Source: Thalia democratica (Eukaryota). From it: a stretch of DNA of 64,000 nt. The stretch spans positions 32,488,001-32,552,000 of the forward strand of contig OZ241829.1 of the NCBI GenBank assembly GCA_965202585.1. The letters are read 5' to 3'. Position numbers and translations under genes: made by a program. The first letter of the stretch is position 1, and every line of letters starts with the position of its first letter. Positions 12,898-27,100 of this stretch are shown piece after piece. The notes beneath the pieces were generated by a model. That model saw only the letters and a list, made by a program, of their open reading frames with translations. It was not told the origin of the DNA and did not search any database.

Positions 12898-14999
12898 TTA
12901 CGACTCATTAATGTTTAAAGTTGCTGCAACACAAATTGTAAGTTTGGCGTAAGAAAATAGAAAAATTTATAATGAAAACTGACTAATTATGCAGAGAGTA
13001 TGTTTCTCATGGTTTTACTGCTTTATCAAACTTATAAATTGGTTTTTTTTTGTAGATAATGCATATGAATGGGTTTTTAAAATATATGAAAATAGTCGTC
13101 GCAAATTGTTGAAAACTTTTTTTTTGAAATTAACCTAAACAAAGGTTTTCGGTTTATCTATTGGTTTTAAATTATCTAAACACAAGTAAATAAGGATGAA
13201 AATATTTCAAAAGCGTAAAAACAGTCTCAACAAAGAAAAAATTAACTGAGTTCTACAACTTTGTATTGAAACAAAAGAATCTTTGTATTGAATCTGAAAC
13301 TAATGAAATAAAACGTAAATACTTTTCAACGGATGTTGTTCAACACCAAGCTATTTTAATTACTTGAGTTATTTGGGTGAAACGTGAAATAAATTTGGTA
13401 ACACCATCATTATCTTAAATGTTAATGTTAAAAATTAATTATCTTTTTCTACTTATAGTTTCGTAAAATTATTAAATATAACAAATTTCTAATGAAAAGT
13501 AATTAATATATTTCAGTAAATTATTGTTACTAAAAAATTAAAGCTTGTATTCAATAGTTAAAAAAAAGTTTTACCAAATTAATAGTTTGAATTTTTTTAA
13601 ATAAATACAACATAAACTTTTAGCAAATAAAATATTTGACTTTATTTTTTTAAATACAAAAGTTATTATAAAAACATTAATAATTAAAAAATAAAAGTAA
13701 TTAATTTTTATATGTCTTTAAAGTATGTTAAGTACTAAAACCAGTTGGAAAAAATACTTAAGTTTGCTGTAAAATAAAGTACTTAACTTTTTTTTGGAAA
13801 AAAAGTTTAGTTAAAATTAATTAATCTTAGAAATTTAAAACTTTAGTTTTTGTTTATTAATTTTCTAAAGAACATTAAGTACTAAAACCAGTTTAAAAAA
13901 ATTTTTAAGAATGTTGTACTTAACCTTTTCTAAATATCTTAGTGTGAAATTGTTTGTTTACTGGGAGAAAAAAAAACTGTATACACTAATTTTACAATTC
14001 TTTTATTTTTTGTTTATTTGTTTTTCGTTAAGCTTATTATGATTTATTTTCTTACGTAAACACTACGCCTCAGTCAATCCTTTTAAAAACATTACAGATA
14101 ATAAAGATAAACAAAAGCTTGAAACGACCTTTACTGAGCTGAGACTGAACAAAACAAAAACAAACAAACAAACTTATTTATTCTATTTTAAAAGATCAAC
14201 CCTTGATCCTGCAATAAATAACGCAAGGGGTTCAAATGAAAAAAAAATTAACGATGAAAAACCGATAATGTCGATAAATCGCATTGCAGTGAGTGAGTAA
14301 ATAAATCGGAATTTCATTGCTGAGTTTGAAAACACTTCAAGCCATTCAGCTATCAATCGAGAATTTAATAATGTGAGAGCTATTACTATTCTTTCAAACA
14401 AGTAATACATTAAAATTTCTGACTTCAAATTTGAAAATGTTTAGTTGTAAATTTAATTTTTTGTTGTTAAATATTACTTTTTTTCTTTTTTTGAACAACA
14501 TGTGTTGCTGAACAACAAAAAAGCATTGTATGTTGCTAAAAAAGTTTTGTTTTATTATGTTTAACAAAAAGCCATGGCTTAAATTCACTTGTAGTCGTTC
14601 TTTTATAAATTTTAACCTACAATTTGTTCGCTCAAATAGTGATGACAAAAAAAACTCGACTAACACTTAAAAAAAAAAAAACATTCTTTCTTAATAACTT
14701 AAGAAGATAATTAAACCTTTATCGGACTCAAACCTCTTGGGAGCTATCAAAAGACACCAGATGAAACTTGATATTCAAAACATCTAACAACTCCTTCCAG
14801 CCTGATTTACTGTACAAGCATGATTACAAAAATCAACCGTTTAATTAACCCTATCTGGTCAAGATAATGAGCAACTATTTTCCACTACTGCACTACAGCA
14901 GATGAACTATTTTTAACTGCTGCTAAAATAGAAAAAAATTATTGCTCTTTGTTTCAAAATCTAACATACATAACCGTGTATTGGCACGAACAAACTGCT

Positions 15000-16500
15000 A
15001 CTAATGCTGCATTCAAACGAAACTATTTTGCGCCGTGTTTTTTTTTCTAAACGCACGCCACACAAAACAAAGCTCGTCATTAAAAACAATAACCCGCTCG
15101 ACGGTGATCCGCTTTCAAAGGCACTTCACACGCCAGCCCATGAATAAATGATGACCGAAACACATTGCTGAAAAGCTCCGGCTACTAACAACAAAAAGTG
15201 TTGGCACTGCTTCTGTGAATGTTTGGCTCTGGCACCGGCACAAACAAGATTTCGCTCGCCTTTCGCACCAAGAACTTTTCACTGCCTCTTGTCATTCTTA
15301 TCTCGGCATGCGCTGAGCTTTCTCACTGCTAATATAATGCCGTCCGTCAGGTTTTTTTTCGCCGTTTTCTCTGCATTTTTGCTTTTCTTTCGCATGATCT
15401 ATCGCCGAGCTGCAACCACGTGACGCAGCCTGCACTTAATCAACTTTTCACGCTCTCCAAAAGCTTCGAGCGAGCGAACTTATCTCGGCGCTGAGGAATA
15501 CAAACGCGCTTGTTTTGTTGAAAAAGCGACTTGCACGCAGCTTGCACCGGCTTCCACTAGCGTTTTTTCGCAAATGATCGGTGTTTACAGCCAGTGCATG
15601 TTTATGATCGCGCTTATGGTAATACGAACGCTGATGGTCGTTCAGCTCAGCGTAAGCCTGCTTCGAGGGCCCACTTGCAAATCGTGTTGCCGACCTGTGT
15701 TTTCACTGTGGAAGTTGTTGAAACTGTGTTTTTTGTTTGTTTTTTTTTCTCGACGTGAGTTTTTTTTTGAGCCAGCCGCTCCGATATCAAAGGCTCCAAT
15801 CAGTTGTGTTTTTACAAGCTCTGAAAGTTTTTTTTTGCTTAAACCAACACTATCGTTCTCCGCAAAAACAACAAACCTGCCTGCCTTAATTAATGAAACA
15901 CTGCTACAATGCTACGTTGCTTTGTTGTAAAAACTGTATGTTTTGTTAAATTTGGTTTAAAAAACACTCTGAAATGTAATCACAATTCACAATTTAGAGT
16001 GTTTTAAATCAAATTTGAATCGAAAACTTTAAAACTTAATAAGAAAACATTTTTGTGTATTGAGAATGCTATAATTAAAAAATCTACTTAATGTAAGAGA
16101 GATGATTGAAGTAAATAAAAAGAGCGTTTTTATCTTTTGACAAAAATACTAAATATCAACTAAAAATAATATAACACGAGTAAACTTTTCAACGCTTCTT
16201 AGAACTAAACCAACGAGCTAATTGAATAAACTCATCTCAGCTAGCTTTTAAGGGGCTAACATTTTGCACTGCCGACTAAGAATAATTCAATTCAATTTAG
16301 CTTTGACAAATCTAATTTTCTATCTGACAATCGTGCCTCCACTTAAACAAATCCCCTCGCTATCAAATACCCGCTTGTCAGAATCAAATGCAAGTCGATT
16401 CGATCAGCAGCTGTTAATATAAGTCACGTGACTTTGTTGGTTATTAAAGCCAATGTGCTTCTTACCTGTTAGCTTTGATTTGTTGTTTAATTCATTGCTA
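15000..16500. promoter_or_regulatory. CpG-rich non-coding block between the divergent Ly6-type and Ig genes (candidate enhancer/promoter)
   Basis: GC and CpG far above background with no coherent ORF or splice pattern; CACGTG E-boxes (about 15418, palindrome AAGTCACGTGACTT about 16421), ATCAAAG TCF-type site and CCAAT about 15786-15800. Confidence 0.4.
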
Positions 16501-18040
16501 ATGTAGTTTAGCGTATTTAGCAAAATATTTAATTTTTTTATGGTTCTGTTGTTGTTAAAAGTTTTTCTGTTTAACAGTAAGTCTTTAACATGGCAATATA
16601 AATATTATAATTGAAAAACATCCAACTTTTGTATAAAAGTAAGTTTTGGCGCTTTTTGTACAAAGCATAATCTAATGCTATCTATTGTGCACAATTTATA
16701 CAGAAGTCTGTCAATTATGAGAGCAAAACAATTACAACCTGTGATTTATTTTCGAACTGATTTTTTTTTTCCATCGTAGAAATCTTTACTAAAAAAAAAT
16801 TACTAAAATTTTAGTAGTGTAAATATTTATACTGTACACAAGAAAAATAAAAAATAAAATCAAAAGTTTTATGGAAGACAAGCAAAAACATTGACAATTA
16901 TATCACGTTTTATCATCATTAAAAGATTATTTAAAAGATATACATGTCTTAAATATGTTTTTTATAACTATTTTCATCTATCTCTATATGTTCTAACTTT
17001 CAGCACTCCACACAATATAAGCAGTTGTAGTTTTTGACTAACGTTGCATACTTTTTGTCTATTTACTAACTTATAAACTATAGTTAGTAAAAAAAATTCA
17101 ATGTTTTTAGAATAAACATGAATAGATAGATATGCTATCTCAAACTATAATAAAAATAGAGTGTATTAATAAACTATATAACTTTTTTAGTGTAAAATCA
17201 GTATGTTTCAAACCATTTCATTTATGGAGTTTATGTAAGTTCTTGTAAAAAATAGATAAGCTACTTTTAACTTTGAGATTAAATCTTATCTGATTTCGCA
17301 ATATCCGTTTTGAAGAGCTTAAATAACACGTCGTTTGCTCAAACCGGGAAAACTTTAAATATTATAAAGTTCTTAACTCCTTTTTCACATATGATGCTAT
17401 CAATAACAATTAATCAGCTTAAACTAATTTATTATGCTTTCATTTATATAGGAATACTATACGTAAAAAAAAAAGTTTTAAAGAACTTGTAATTTTGAAG
17501 GTATTTTTTACAGACTTACTTTCAAATACTTACAACACAACAAGTTATTGAGTTTTACATTTTTTAGTTAAAGTATTGAATTATTTCAAAAGCTCGCGTA
17601 AAGTTTAATTATCTAGTTTTAACAATTTTTTCTGGTCAACTGAGCGCTTACTAAACTTAAAAATCACTTTTAAAAAGGATGCACTGAAAAAGTTTTCAAT
17701 CAAAATTAAGCTTAATTAAACGAACTTAATTAAATTTGTATTTGTCATGAAATTGCGATGACAAATTTTAAAAACGCTTAAATTTAAATTTATCATACTT
17801 TGTCAAACTATGCATTAGTTTAACAGTTTTAAAAGTTATTGTACGCAAAAGCACGTAAAACAAATTTGTTATAAAGATAATAACTTTATCCTTTCATTTT
17901 TGTCTTTTTCTTTTTACAATATATTTTAATTTTATAAAAATATTCAACGATTCTAGCTGTATACAAAAACAGTATGAACATGTTGGTCAATGGTTTTAGA
18001 AAACAAGCTTTTCCAAACTACTATGTACTTCTATAGTTAT

Positions 18041-18162
18041 ATTGTTTATTGAACGACAAAAAAGACGCTGAAAATATTTGTTCCAAAGACCTGGTGCACG
18101 AAGAACCTTTCGGTTATCGAGTGGCACACCACATATACCTTTTAACGTCTTGTCCGGGACAA
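18041..18162 (-). repeat. ~120-bp structured dispersed repeat, copy 2 (best preserved)
   Basis: Revcomp reads TTGTCCCGGACAA-GACGTTAAAAGGTATATGT-GGTGTGCCA-CTCGAT-AACC GAAA GGTT-CT-TCGTGCACC-AGGTCTTTGGAAC...GTCGTTCAATAAACAAT. Confidence 0.85.
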
Positions 18163-18516
18163 CGTGGTTGTTATACTAAAAGTGTGTAACAAGTTTAGTA
18201 AAATAGAAAAACTAAAAATAAATAATACTTTTTAGATGTTATAATGGTTTATTTCAAAGCATCCTTCAGTTTAAAACAACTGTAAAAGTAAAAACTTGAT
18301 TGAATAACGAGATTAAAAAGCTCCCGCTGCGAACCAAGAACATAACAACTGTAAGCTGAAGCTTAAAAACAAATTGCTTTTTATGCTTCAAGCTCCTTAA
18401 CATTGGCGTTTGTTGAAATCTGTTCTAATTAATTGCTCCCATAGTAACTTACCTTTTATAAATGGCTTATATAACAAATTTTGGTCGCAACTTTAAAGTT
18501 TTAGAAAACTATTTCG

Positions 18517-21500
18517 ATGGAAAGACAGCATTCAAGTATTACATTTATATTGTACTTATGTGTACATTTAACACCCCAAATTTTAGGTAGGACTATAAGT
18601 AAATTTGTTTAATATTTTATGTAAAATAAACTAGTAGCTAATTAAGTAACGCTGTATGAAATTTGTTTTAACATTTTAATAAACTACAGGTGTAACAATA
18701 CTTGAGGGAAATTCGATATACGCTGATGTCAACTCCAAGGTGACTCTTACATGCAACGCGACTGCAGCTTTTGTACAATGGAAGTTTGAAGAAACAACAC
18801 TCGCTTTTCTTTCCAGCGGCAATGTCAATCTAGTGGCTGTACGTTTTTTGTTAATATTTCATATAGTTTTTTAATTAAATTTAAAAATAATAAATATCTG
18901 TCTCACATTTAAGACGTAATTGATATGTATATTTGTAAAATTTCAGAATTAGCTAAAAAATTTGATATTATTACACTAACATGGTTTTCTGATGTTATCA
19001 ATCGTATTTTTTTAACTAAACTAAAAAATAAATCCTTAAGTTTAAACTTTATATTAAAACAAAAGCAAACGTCCAAAGCATTAAAGCTTAGCCTGAATAG
19101 GTGCACAAAAAATTCAACCATGTCATTGTGCGTCGTAAATGACATTTGTTTGTGCTTTCATATACTCTCATTGTGACTTTAGCATAAACAACTCGTCTTA
19201 TTAACATGAACAGTTCAAAGCACAAAATGTTTATTGTGATCTTTTTTTTGGTAACATAAAAGCAATTTTTCGTGATAGGAAAGTGAAGTTTCGTATGAAG
19301 CTTCTGTGAACGGGTCTGACTTTGTTCTGACAATAAAAAAGTTAAAACAAACTGAAGCTGGAAAGTATTATTGTGTCAGTAATGGAGATAATGACAGCAT
19401 TTATATAGGAGTAAGAGGTAGTTTTTTCCACATGTAGTAATAAAACTTCGTTTATATTATCAAAAGTCCCTGTTAACTATTTATTAATTTAAATGATTAA
19501 ATTATACTTTAAAGTACACTAAGTTTTTACTTTAAAAAAAAAACTTTTATTTATATTTAAAAACTGATATTTTCACCGTGCGATTGGATTGATTGTGTTT
19601 TATTACCAGAATTTTTAAATCATGTTTAAAGAAACTCTGTTTAGATAAAAAAATATTTTATTTTACATTTACAGTACGATTGAATCAAATTTTTCCATCT
19701 TATGCTTCACCCGACAAGTCAGGGGAAGGAAAGAACGTCGTTTTGATTTTTCCAGAGGATGCGACAATAGCAACCAACTTGACCTGTTCTGCTTTCAACG
19801 TCAGACCCGCTCCCGTCATAAGCTGGTCCTGGAAGTTTGCTGATCAGGGTGACGGCAACTTGAAAACAATTAAAACAGACAGACCTGAGGCCTCCCAGGT
19901 TGTAAAACAGAACAAGTCTTTCTTAGTTTATTTTTTTGAATCACGCACAGCAAAAGTTTGATACGTTATAAGTTAAAAAATGCACAAAAAAAAATTAATT
20001 GTTCTCATAAACAGATTATAAGCTTCGTTGACGTGCTGACGTATGTGCTGACGTATGTGCTAAAGCAGTTTTTTTGTTTTTTATAAACAACTAAAATATC
20101 ACATGTTGGCTTTTATTTTTTGATATTTCTTAGAAAAACATTTTTTTAATTGATCTTAGGTACTTTATTTTTCAAAGTTAAAAAAAGCAAAAAATTAAAC
20201 AGTAAGTACTAAAGCATACAGGAAGTATTTAAAAAAAATGTTTTTAAAAGAGCTACTTTACATATAATATTTAATGACTGAAGTCTTTGTTGACAAGTTA
20301 TACAGTTACTACCTGAAACAATTTTTTATAAAAAATATCGAAACTTGCAAATAAATTCTTATAGATGATAATAAGTGCTTTTGGCTGAAATTAAGCAAAA
20401 ATGTTTTGTCTTAACTTGAAAATATCTTTACACTTTTTCATTTGTTTTCTTGTTTTATTTTTAAACTAAACAACTATGAAGACTGCAAAAACTAAACATT
20501 TGTGCATGTTTGTCACTCAATGTAGATATTGGTTTATAAGAAAGAAAAAATAAAAATAACAAAATAGGTTTTATCTATTTTTTTACTTGTTGATTAAACT
20601 TAAACAAATCAAAACAGATAAAAAATCTGCATTTATTTTTTTAACTTTGATGTTTGTAATAACTGATGTACCATGCATTTTAGAAGGACAAATTTGAGAT
20701 TTCATTTTGCTGTAAAATATTACTTTTGTTACATTCTATTGATAAAGTTTATTAAAATAAAATGTTTTTTTTTCATTTGTTTGTTTAGTTTTAAGTAACA
20801 AATTTTAACCTATCATACTTAACTACTACATTTTATATATATATCACGCTAAAAAACTTTTTTTTTATCTCCATAACAGGAAAGCACAATCAAGAACTTT
20901 TCAAGTACGTTGGAAGTAGATGACGATGCGTTGATAGAGATTATAAACAATATGGAAATTAGTGCTGGAGGTGTTACTACAGTTTTGAATCAGCTGGACC
21001 TAGAAACGATTTCTACCGTGACTACTGGTTAATGAAACCTTCTATTCGTTTTAGAAAATATATATTATTTTAGGACTTTTTACTACAAATCATATACTTC
21101 TGATATATTAAAGCAAAACAAAGACATATCGGGGGTAGTAGTCAAAGTTATTTTAAGTTTAAGTAAACAACAACAAAAAAATTATAAAGTATTTATAAAT
21201 TACTAGGTAATCTAACAGAAGACTTGTCGGCGAACAGCTTGGCTTTACTTCAAAGCGATTTTACTTTGTCTGACGTTCAAATTGAAGTTAGGTGTACGGC
21301 ATCGCAACTGGACAAAACTATCGAAGAGTCTTTTCTTTTAAAGTTTGGTTAGTTTAATTTTTTTTTGATGTTATTGTGCACTACAACAAAACTAAATGAA
21401 AATATAATTTGTGTGTATGATACAAATATGCAGTTTTAAATTTCATTAAAAATTATCTAATTAAACTTTTGCCTCAAATAAATTTGTCAATCAACATTGT

Positions 21501-22033
21501 GGGTCATATATCAATAATGAATAACTTTGTTTGTAAAGAAATGCAACGCAAACATTTGTTCTGAAAAATGTCAACCTAACAAACGCTTTGTCATAGTTGA
21601 CGACATTTCAACGTATTTAACTTTTATGGCATTCACTTAATAATTAAAGTTCATATTAAAAAATAGTTTTAATCAAAGAAAATTAAAAGTTATATAAAAA
21701 AAGATTGAACACTAACTAATTTTATGTAACTAAGTTATTAGTTAAAGTAATAATTACTATTTTTTAACAACTTTAAATTGAAATTGTGCTTTACTTTATA
21801 GATCAAAATAGGATTAAGTTTTTAAAGTGACCAAGCCTTTTTATTTAAAATGAATGTTTTTAAAATCAAGTTAACATGACATTTAATGCAAAAAAAAAAC
21901 ACATTATGACTACGATTAGTATTATTCTGACTATTTTCTAACAGGTTCGAAATACAGTTCAGCTTCACAGAAAAGACATAAATTACACTTAATTTTTTTT
22001 AGCTTTTTTTTGTTTTCGAAAAACTTTATATAG
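18517..22033 (+). CDS. Immunoglobulin-superfamily protein, two Ig domains, probable GPI anchor, 319 aa
   Basis: Exons 18517-18586, 18690-18838, 19279-19417, 19675-19898, 20880-21027, 21207-21347 and 21945-22033, all GT-AG and phase-consistent (960 nt). Signal peptide; V-like VTLTC...VQW...LTIKKLKQTEAGKYYC; C2-like NLTCSAFNVRPAPVISW...EVRC; hydrophobic tail LHLIFFSFFLF. Confidence 0.85.
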
Positions 22034-23022
22034 TTTAAACTTTTGTTTTCATGTAAGTAAGACTTGATTTTGTTCAAAAGATATTATTTAAAAAAATATT
22101 TTGTATGTTTGTTTAGTGTGAATTTTACCTTACTAAAAATTTAAAATTAATTAAATTTTTAACGTTGTTGAAAAATTTTGCTTTTAGTTGTATCTTCTAA
22201 TATTTTCATTATTTCAAACAACTTTTAAGAAAGTTTTAGATAACTTGAGTGAAAACATATTTCTAAAGTTAACTATCCTTTTATTTATAATGAAATGTTT
22301 GTTAAGGCTTTTTTTCAGCAAATGTAAATGAAAAAAAAAATTACAGTCACAATTAAACCTATCCCTTTCGCCTATCCCTTAAAATTGCTACAACTTTTTA
22401 TTTTTTTAAGAATATATAATTTGTACTAAAGAAGAAAAGTTTCCTTTCCTAAAACTTGAACTTTTATAATAAAATAATTATTGTAAAAGAATTTAACGTG
22501 TATGATTGAAAATTGTTTTTTAAACACGTAAATTAAAACGCTAGTTGTTATTACTGAAATTTTATTTTTTCATATTTACCTTTTTATATCAGACTGAATT
22601 TATATTTAAAATTCATCATTTAGTGTTAGAAACCAAAAATTAATGTAAAACAAACAAGTAAAACATTTGTTTAAAGAAGTTTAAGTTTAGCTAATAAAGT
22701 TAGAACTAAAAAGTATTCAACTATATTTATATATAAATAAATTATGTTAGATGTATAAAAAAACTCAAAGTACTATTCTTCGAAAAATTAATTTAAACTC
22801 AAACATAATTTAAAACAGTTTTTTATTTTATTTTTAGAAGAATATTTCAAATTTTTGAACAAATATGTTGTAATAAAACAAATCAAATGGTTTTATTTTT
22901 CAAACTCTAACTACATATTGAGATGTTGATTTTAAACTTTTATAAAAAAGTACTACTTAAAATAAACAGCTTGTTAAATAATCAAAATATGATTGTATTA
23001 TTCGAATCTTTATTTTTTAACG

Positions 23023-24132
23023 TCAAGAAACCATAAAACTTTTAAAACGTTGAACTAAGTTCTTAAAATGTAAATTCAAACTAAATGTCATCAACAACAT
23101 ACAAATGCTGAACGAGGTCCAGCTCAAAATGTAGCAATACCCTCGCGCTTCATTGCTTAGCAACGGTCTCATAGCAGTGTAGACAGATGAAGACGTCATA
23201 ATAAGTATCGCTGTTGTAAATCATTACCATAAATACTTTTCAAACTCCAAACTACTATTGAACAGCTTTAAGATTAATTTTGAAAATTAGTTCATGTGTT
23301 AAGCTTAAGATTTTGTCAAAATTAATTTTAATTAATCAACACTATTTTTGTAAACTTGAAACATGACTTACTTGGTATCGCTAGTGAAGCAGTTAGTAAG
23401 TTAGACACAAATGTAAACTCGACAAAACTGTTTTCGATTGCAAAAAGTAATGAAATAATAGAAGAAAAGGTCAAAAATATGCATGAAATAACCAGAAAAG
23501 TTCTTGTCACTTCCAAGTAGGGTTCAACTAAAGTTTAGAATTTTATACAAACTTTGTGATTTGAAAAGTTTTAAAAAAATCAAAAAGTTCGTTTCTTATC
23601 AATAATAAGTTTTTTCGAATGACTTAATATTTTCTACCTTTTAAAGACAAATTGTGTAATAAATTTAGAACTTTTTTATTAAGTTGATATAATGTGTATA
23701 AATTAAAACAACAATATCATCTTTAAAAAATTAGAGCTTTTTTAATTAAATTGTAATAACGAAACTAGTTAATTGTAATATAAACAAGACATAGATCAAA
23801 GTGTAACCAACAAAAAATGCTGCACTTAGTGTATAACTTATTTATTTACTATATTTTGTTGTTTAATGGATAAAAAATTTAATTGTCGAAACTTAACAAT
23901 ACTTAAGTAAAACACAACTAATCTTAAAATATGTTCAAATCTTACCGTTGATAATTTTTTGACAGCTTTTTTCTATGCAGTTCTGCCACAATCCGTAACT
24001 TATTGCTTTGTTGAGAACTTGGCTGAAGCCCACAGTCCAGTTAGGACTTGACAGGGCCAAAATATTCAGGTACAAGCTAATCGCTCCCCCGGGAAAACAT
24101 ACAAAACCGTAAATTCTTTTTGAAATTTTCAT
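23023..24132 (-). CDS. Claudin/PMP22/EMP-family tetraspan membrane protein, 176 aa
   Basis: Exons 24132-23946, 23527-23372 and 23210-23023 in frame; signature W...GLWQNC..C in the first loop; four hydrophobic segments; GYCYILSW before TM4. Confidence 0.85.
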
Positions 24133-27100
24133 CACTGTGTTTTTTGTTTACATAGAAATGTTTATTTCTTTTTACACCTAAAGTATAAAGTTAGGGTCTA
24201 GTAAAATCTTTTAGTAGTGTTACATCTAAAACTCACTAGTATATTGTCTAAAAAATTGGTTAAAAGTTAAACTACATTTTTGGTAAAGCTGATGTAAGTC
24301 AAATGGCTATGAATTGATTCAAATAAGCAATATAAGCTTGACAGTAATGTTTGTAGCATTAACAGATTTATACTTCTCTTGAATTTTTTTCATTCGAATA
24401 ATACACTTTTTCAACCGAAACAATAAACAAAAAACTACATGACTTTTTCTTGAAAACTGTTTAAGTTAGTGGCTCATCTATCTATACTAACTTAAGTTTT
24501 AAGCAAATATGGGGATATGCAAACAGTTTTTGCATCACTAAATTGAACGTTCACAATACACTTATAAAAACTTAAACAAGTTTTATTACAAAAGTTTAAA
24601 ACAAGTATTAACTTTTTTTAAATACAGTTTCGTAAATACAACGATTTCTAATTTAAAACTATTGGATTTACTTTTGTAAACTATAAATTTTTTTAAATTT
24701 AATAACCTACTAAGCTTGACCTATCAGTAACTAAAATTTGTAAATATGCTTTTTATTACTATGAAACTGTACAATTTTTAACGTACAAATCATTAACTTT
24801 TTTTTGGTTTGACTTAATTTACTCATCGTAAATAACAACTTTCAAAATGTCATCGTTAAATACTCAAACAAATGTGTTTAAATGCAGTGTTCCTTCGTGA
24901 GCTTACAAATATTGTCAATATTATTGATAAATTTTCATTAGAAACCTTCAACGTAAACTTACCTCTGTTGGTATGTTTAAGGAGATTAAACAACTTATTT
25001 GCTGTATTGTTAGTCAGCGTCGCTTACATAAAACTTTCACGTAGTAGGCTGTTCAAACAACAATAACAGGTATGATAATTAATAGGAAAATATGAGGTTT
25101 ACGTAAATTTTGAATATAAGTTACAAGTATGTTGAAATACTTCAAAAATCACGGATTTGCAAATTTGAAAGTTTTAAGATAACTTCAAGACTTACATGTG
25201 CGTTTAAGTTTTTTTTAAGAAGGGTTTTATTTTATACACAAAATAGTGTGATTATGTTAAATTAGAATTATAAAATCAGGAATAAAATTGGTATTAAATA
25301 AAACTGCTGGTTAATTAATCAAAAAAAAACGTAAAAAAGACATATAAAATAGTTTATTTTAAAAAATTATGAAAGACATAAAACAGATTTTTTTTTAAAG
25401 TAAACTAGTATTTAATTTAAATGGAAACAAAACAAGATTAACAATTGTTTATTATTTTTTAATAAAAGCATGAAAACTCTAGACTTATTAACAACAGCGA
25501 TTAGAAAAAGAGAAAAAAACGTAAAAATTTTTACAATAAGGAAATGGATTGTCGTGAAAAACTAGACTTTTAACTAAACTACCGAAAAAAACTTTACCAT
25601 CTACAACCAATCGTCACAAAATACGTTTGAATAGATATTTTTTTAGAAATTTTAAGTGCAACTTTTTTTTCTACTTAATTATACTTGCATGTAGTTACAT
25701 ATTGTGCGATATAAAGCAATAAAAAAAATATTTTTTACAACAACTTTCATTAAAATGGCATAATCCAAGCCAAAAATTTTATACAAAATTAAAATCTATT
25801 GTAACAAACATACAAAGGCTACGCATTCTTTGTTAACACATACAAAATCTTTTTTATCAGCCGTTTAAAAAAGTATTAAACAATAGTTTATTTTTAATCG
25901 TAAGTAGTTCAAGTCGCTTATTACTTTACAACAAGCTTAGTACAAAAAAATTCACTTTCAATGATATTACGTCAATTGTACTTGAATTTCATCGTGAAAT
26001 AGTACAACAAAACTACCAATGACCAAGAAAATATTTCCTGATTACTTTTTCTTTCATTTCATTAATCTCATTCTTTGTTTTTTTCAACGCAATGTAGAGC
26101 TTATATTTCAAAACGAGTTTATTTTATTTTTTTGAACTCAAAACACTGAAAGTGTTTTTTTTGCAGTTACTAACTAAGTTTATAACATAAAAGTTTCTTG
26201 TCACTCTATTTTTCTATTAAGTAACTTTTAGTTTGTAAAAATTACAACAAGCGAAGAACTTTAGTTGTTTTGTTTTGTTTAGTTTTTAGAACTTTTTTTT
26301 GATAGTTTTTGTTTTGCTTTTAAAATAGAGTGACTTTACAGTCTACAGTCTCTACATAAGTATAGTTTTCAACACATTTTTGCATTTTTTAGTTTTTAAT
26401 ATAACGATTTTGGTTAGAAATAAGTCATACCAACTTTGGTTACAAATAAGAAATATTTTTTATAAATAAACACTATTCTATTTTCATATACCTGAAAGCA
26501 AACGTATCAAAAGTTTTGTATTTTTTATCTTAATTCAAGTGAGAAATATAAAAACATTTAAGTGTTTCATCTCACTGTTTTACATTATTTTTTTACTTAT
26601 TTAGAAAAACTTTTGAATATTTTACAAATGTTAGATAACACAAACTACAATCAATGTTAAAACTGAAAATATTATTTGTTTTTTTAATTTATATAATTTT
26701 TTAGTTAAACCTTAATACAACATGGCTAACATGTAAGTATAACAAAAAATATTAGCCACTATCAACATATAAACAATATACATAAAGTATAGTATAACAC
26801 ATATGTGAAGTAGTTCATGCTTTTTTTATCGTATGTGTTGTTGAAATTTGTTAATCTATTTTTCCTGAATAAGTTTCATTTTGTTGCAGATTTGTATTTA
26901 CTTTTTGTTATTAAAAGTGATGTTTGTTATTACTTTTTGAAAATATTATAAATAAATTTTAGACTTATTTATTAGTAAAAAAATATTTGGTAAACCAGTT
27001 GTCTTAAATAATATTTACGTAATTATTAGAATATAATTTTTTAATTAAAAAAATAAGTATCAAATAATTGTAAACTTACAACACAACTAAAGTAAGTTTT

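Noticed and set aside
18041-18162. Structured repeat as tRNA, snRNA, HDV-like or hammerhead ribozyme
   Set aside because: No cloverleaf, Sm site with snRNA homology, CUGAUGA core or HDV nested pseudoknot could be fitted by eye; kept only as unclassified.
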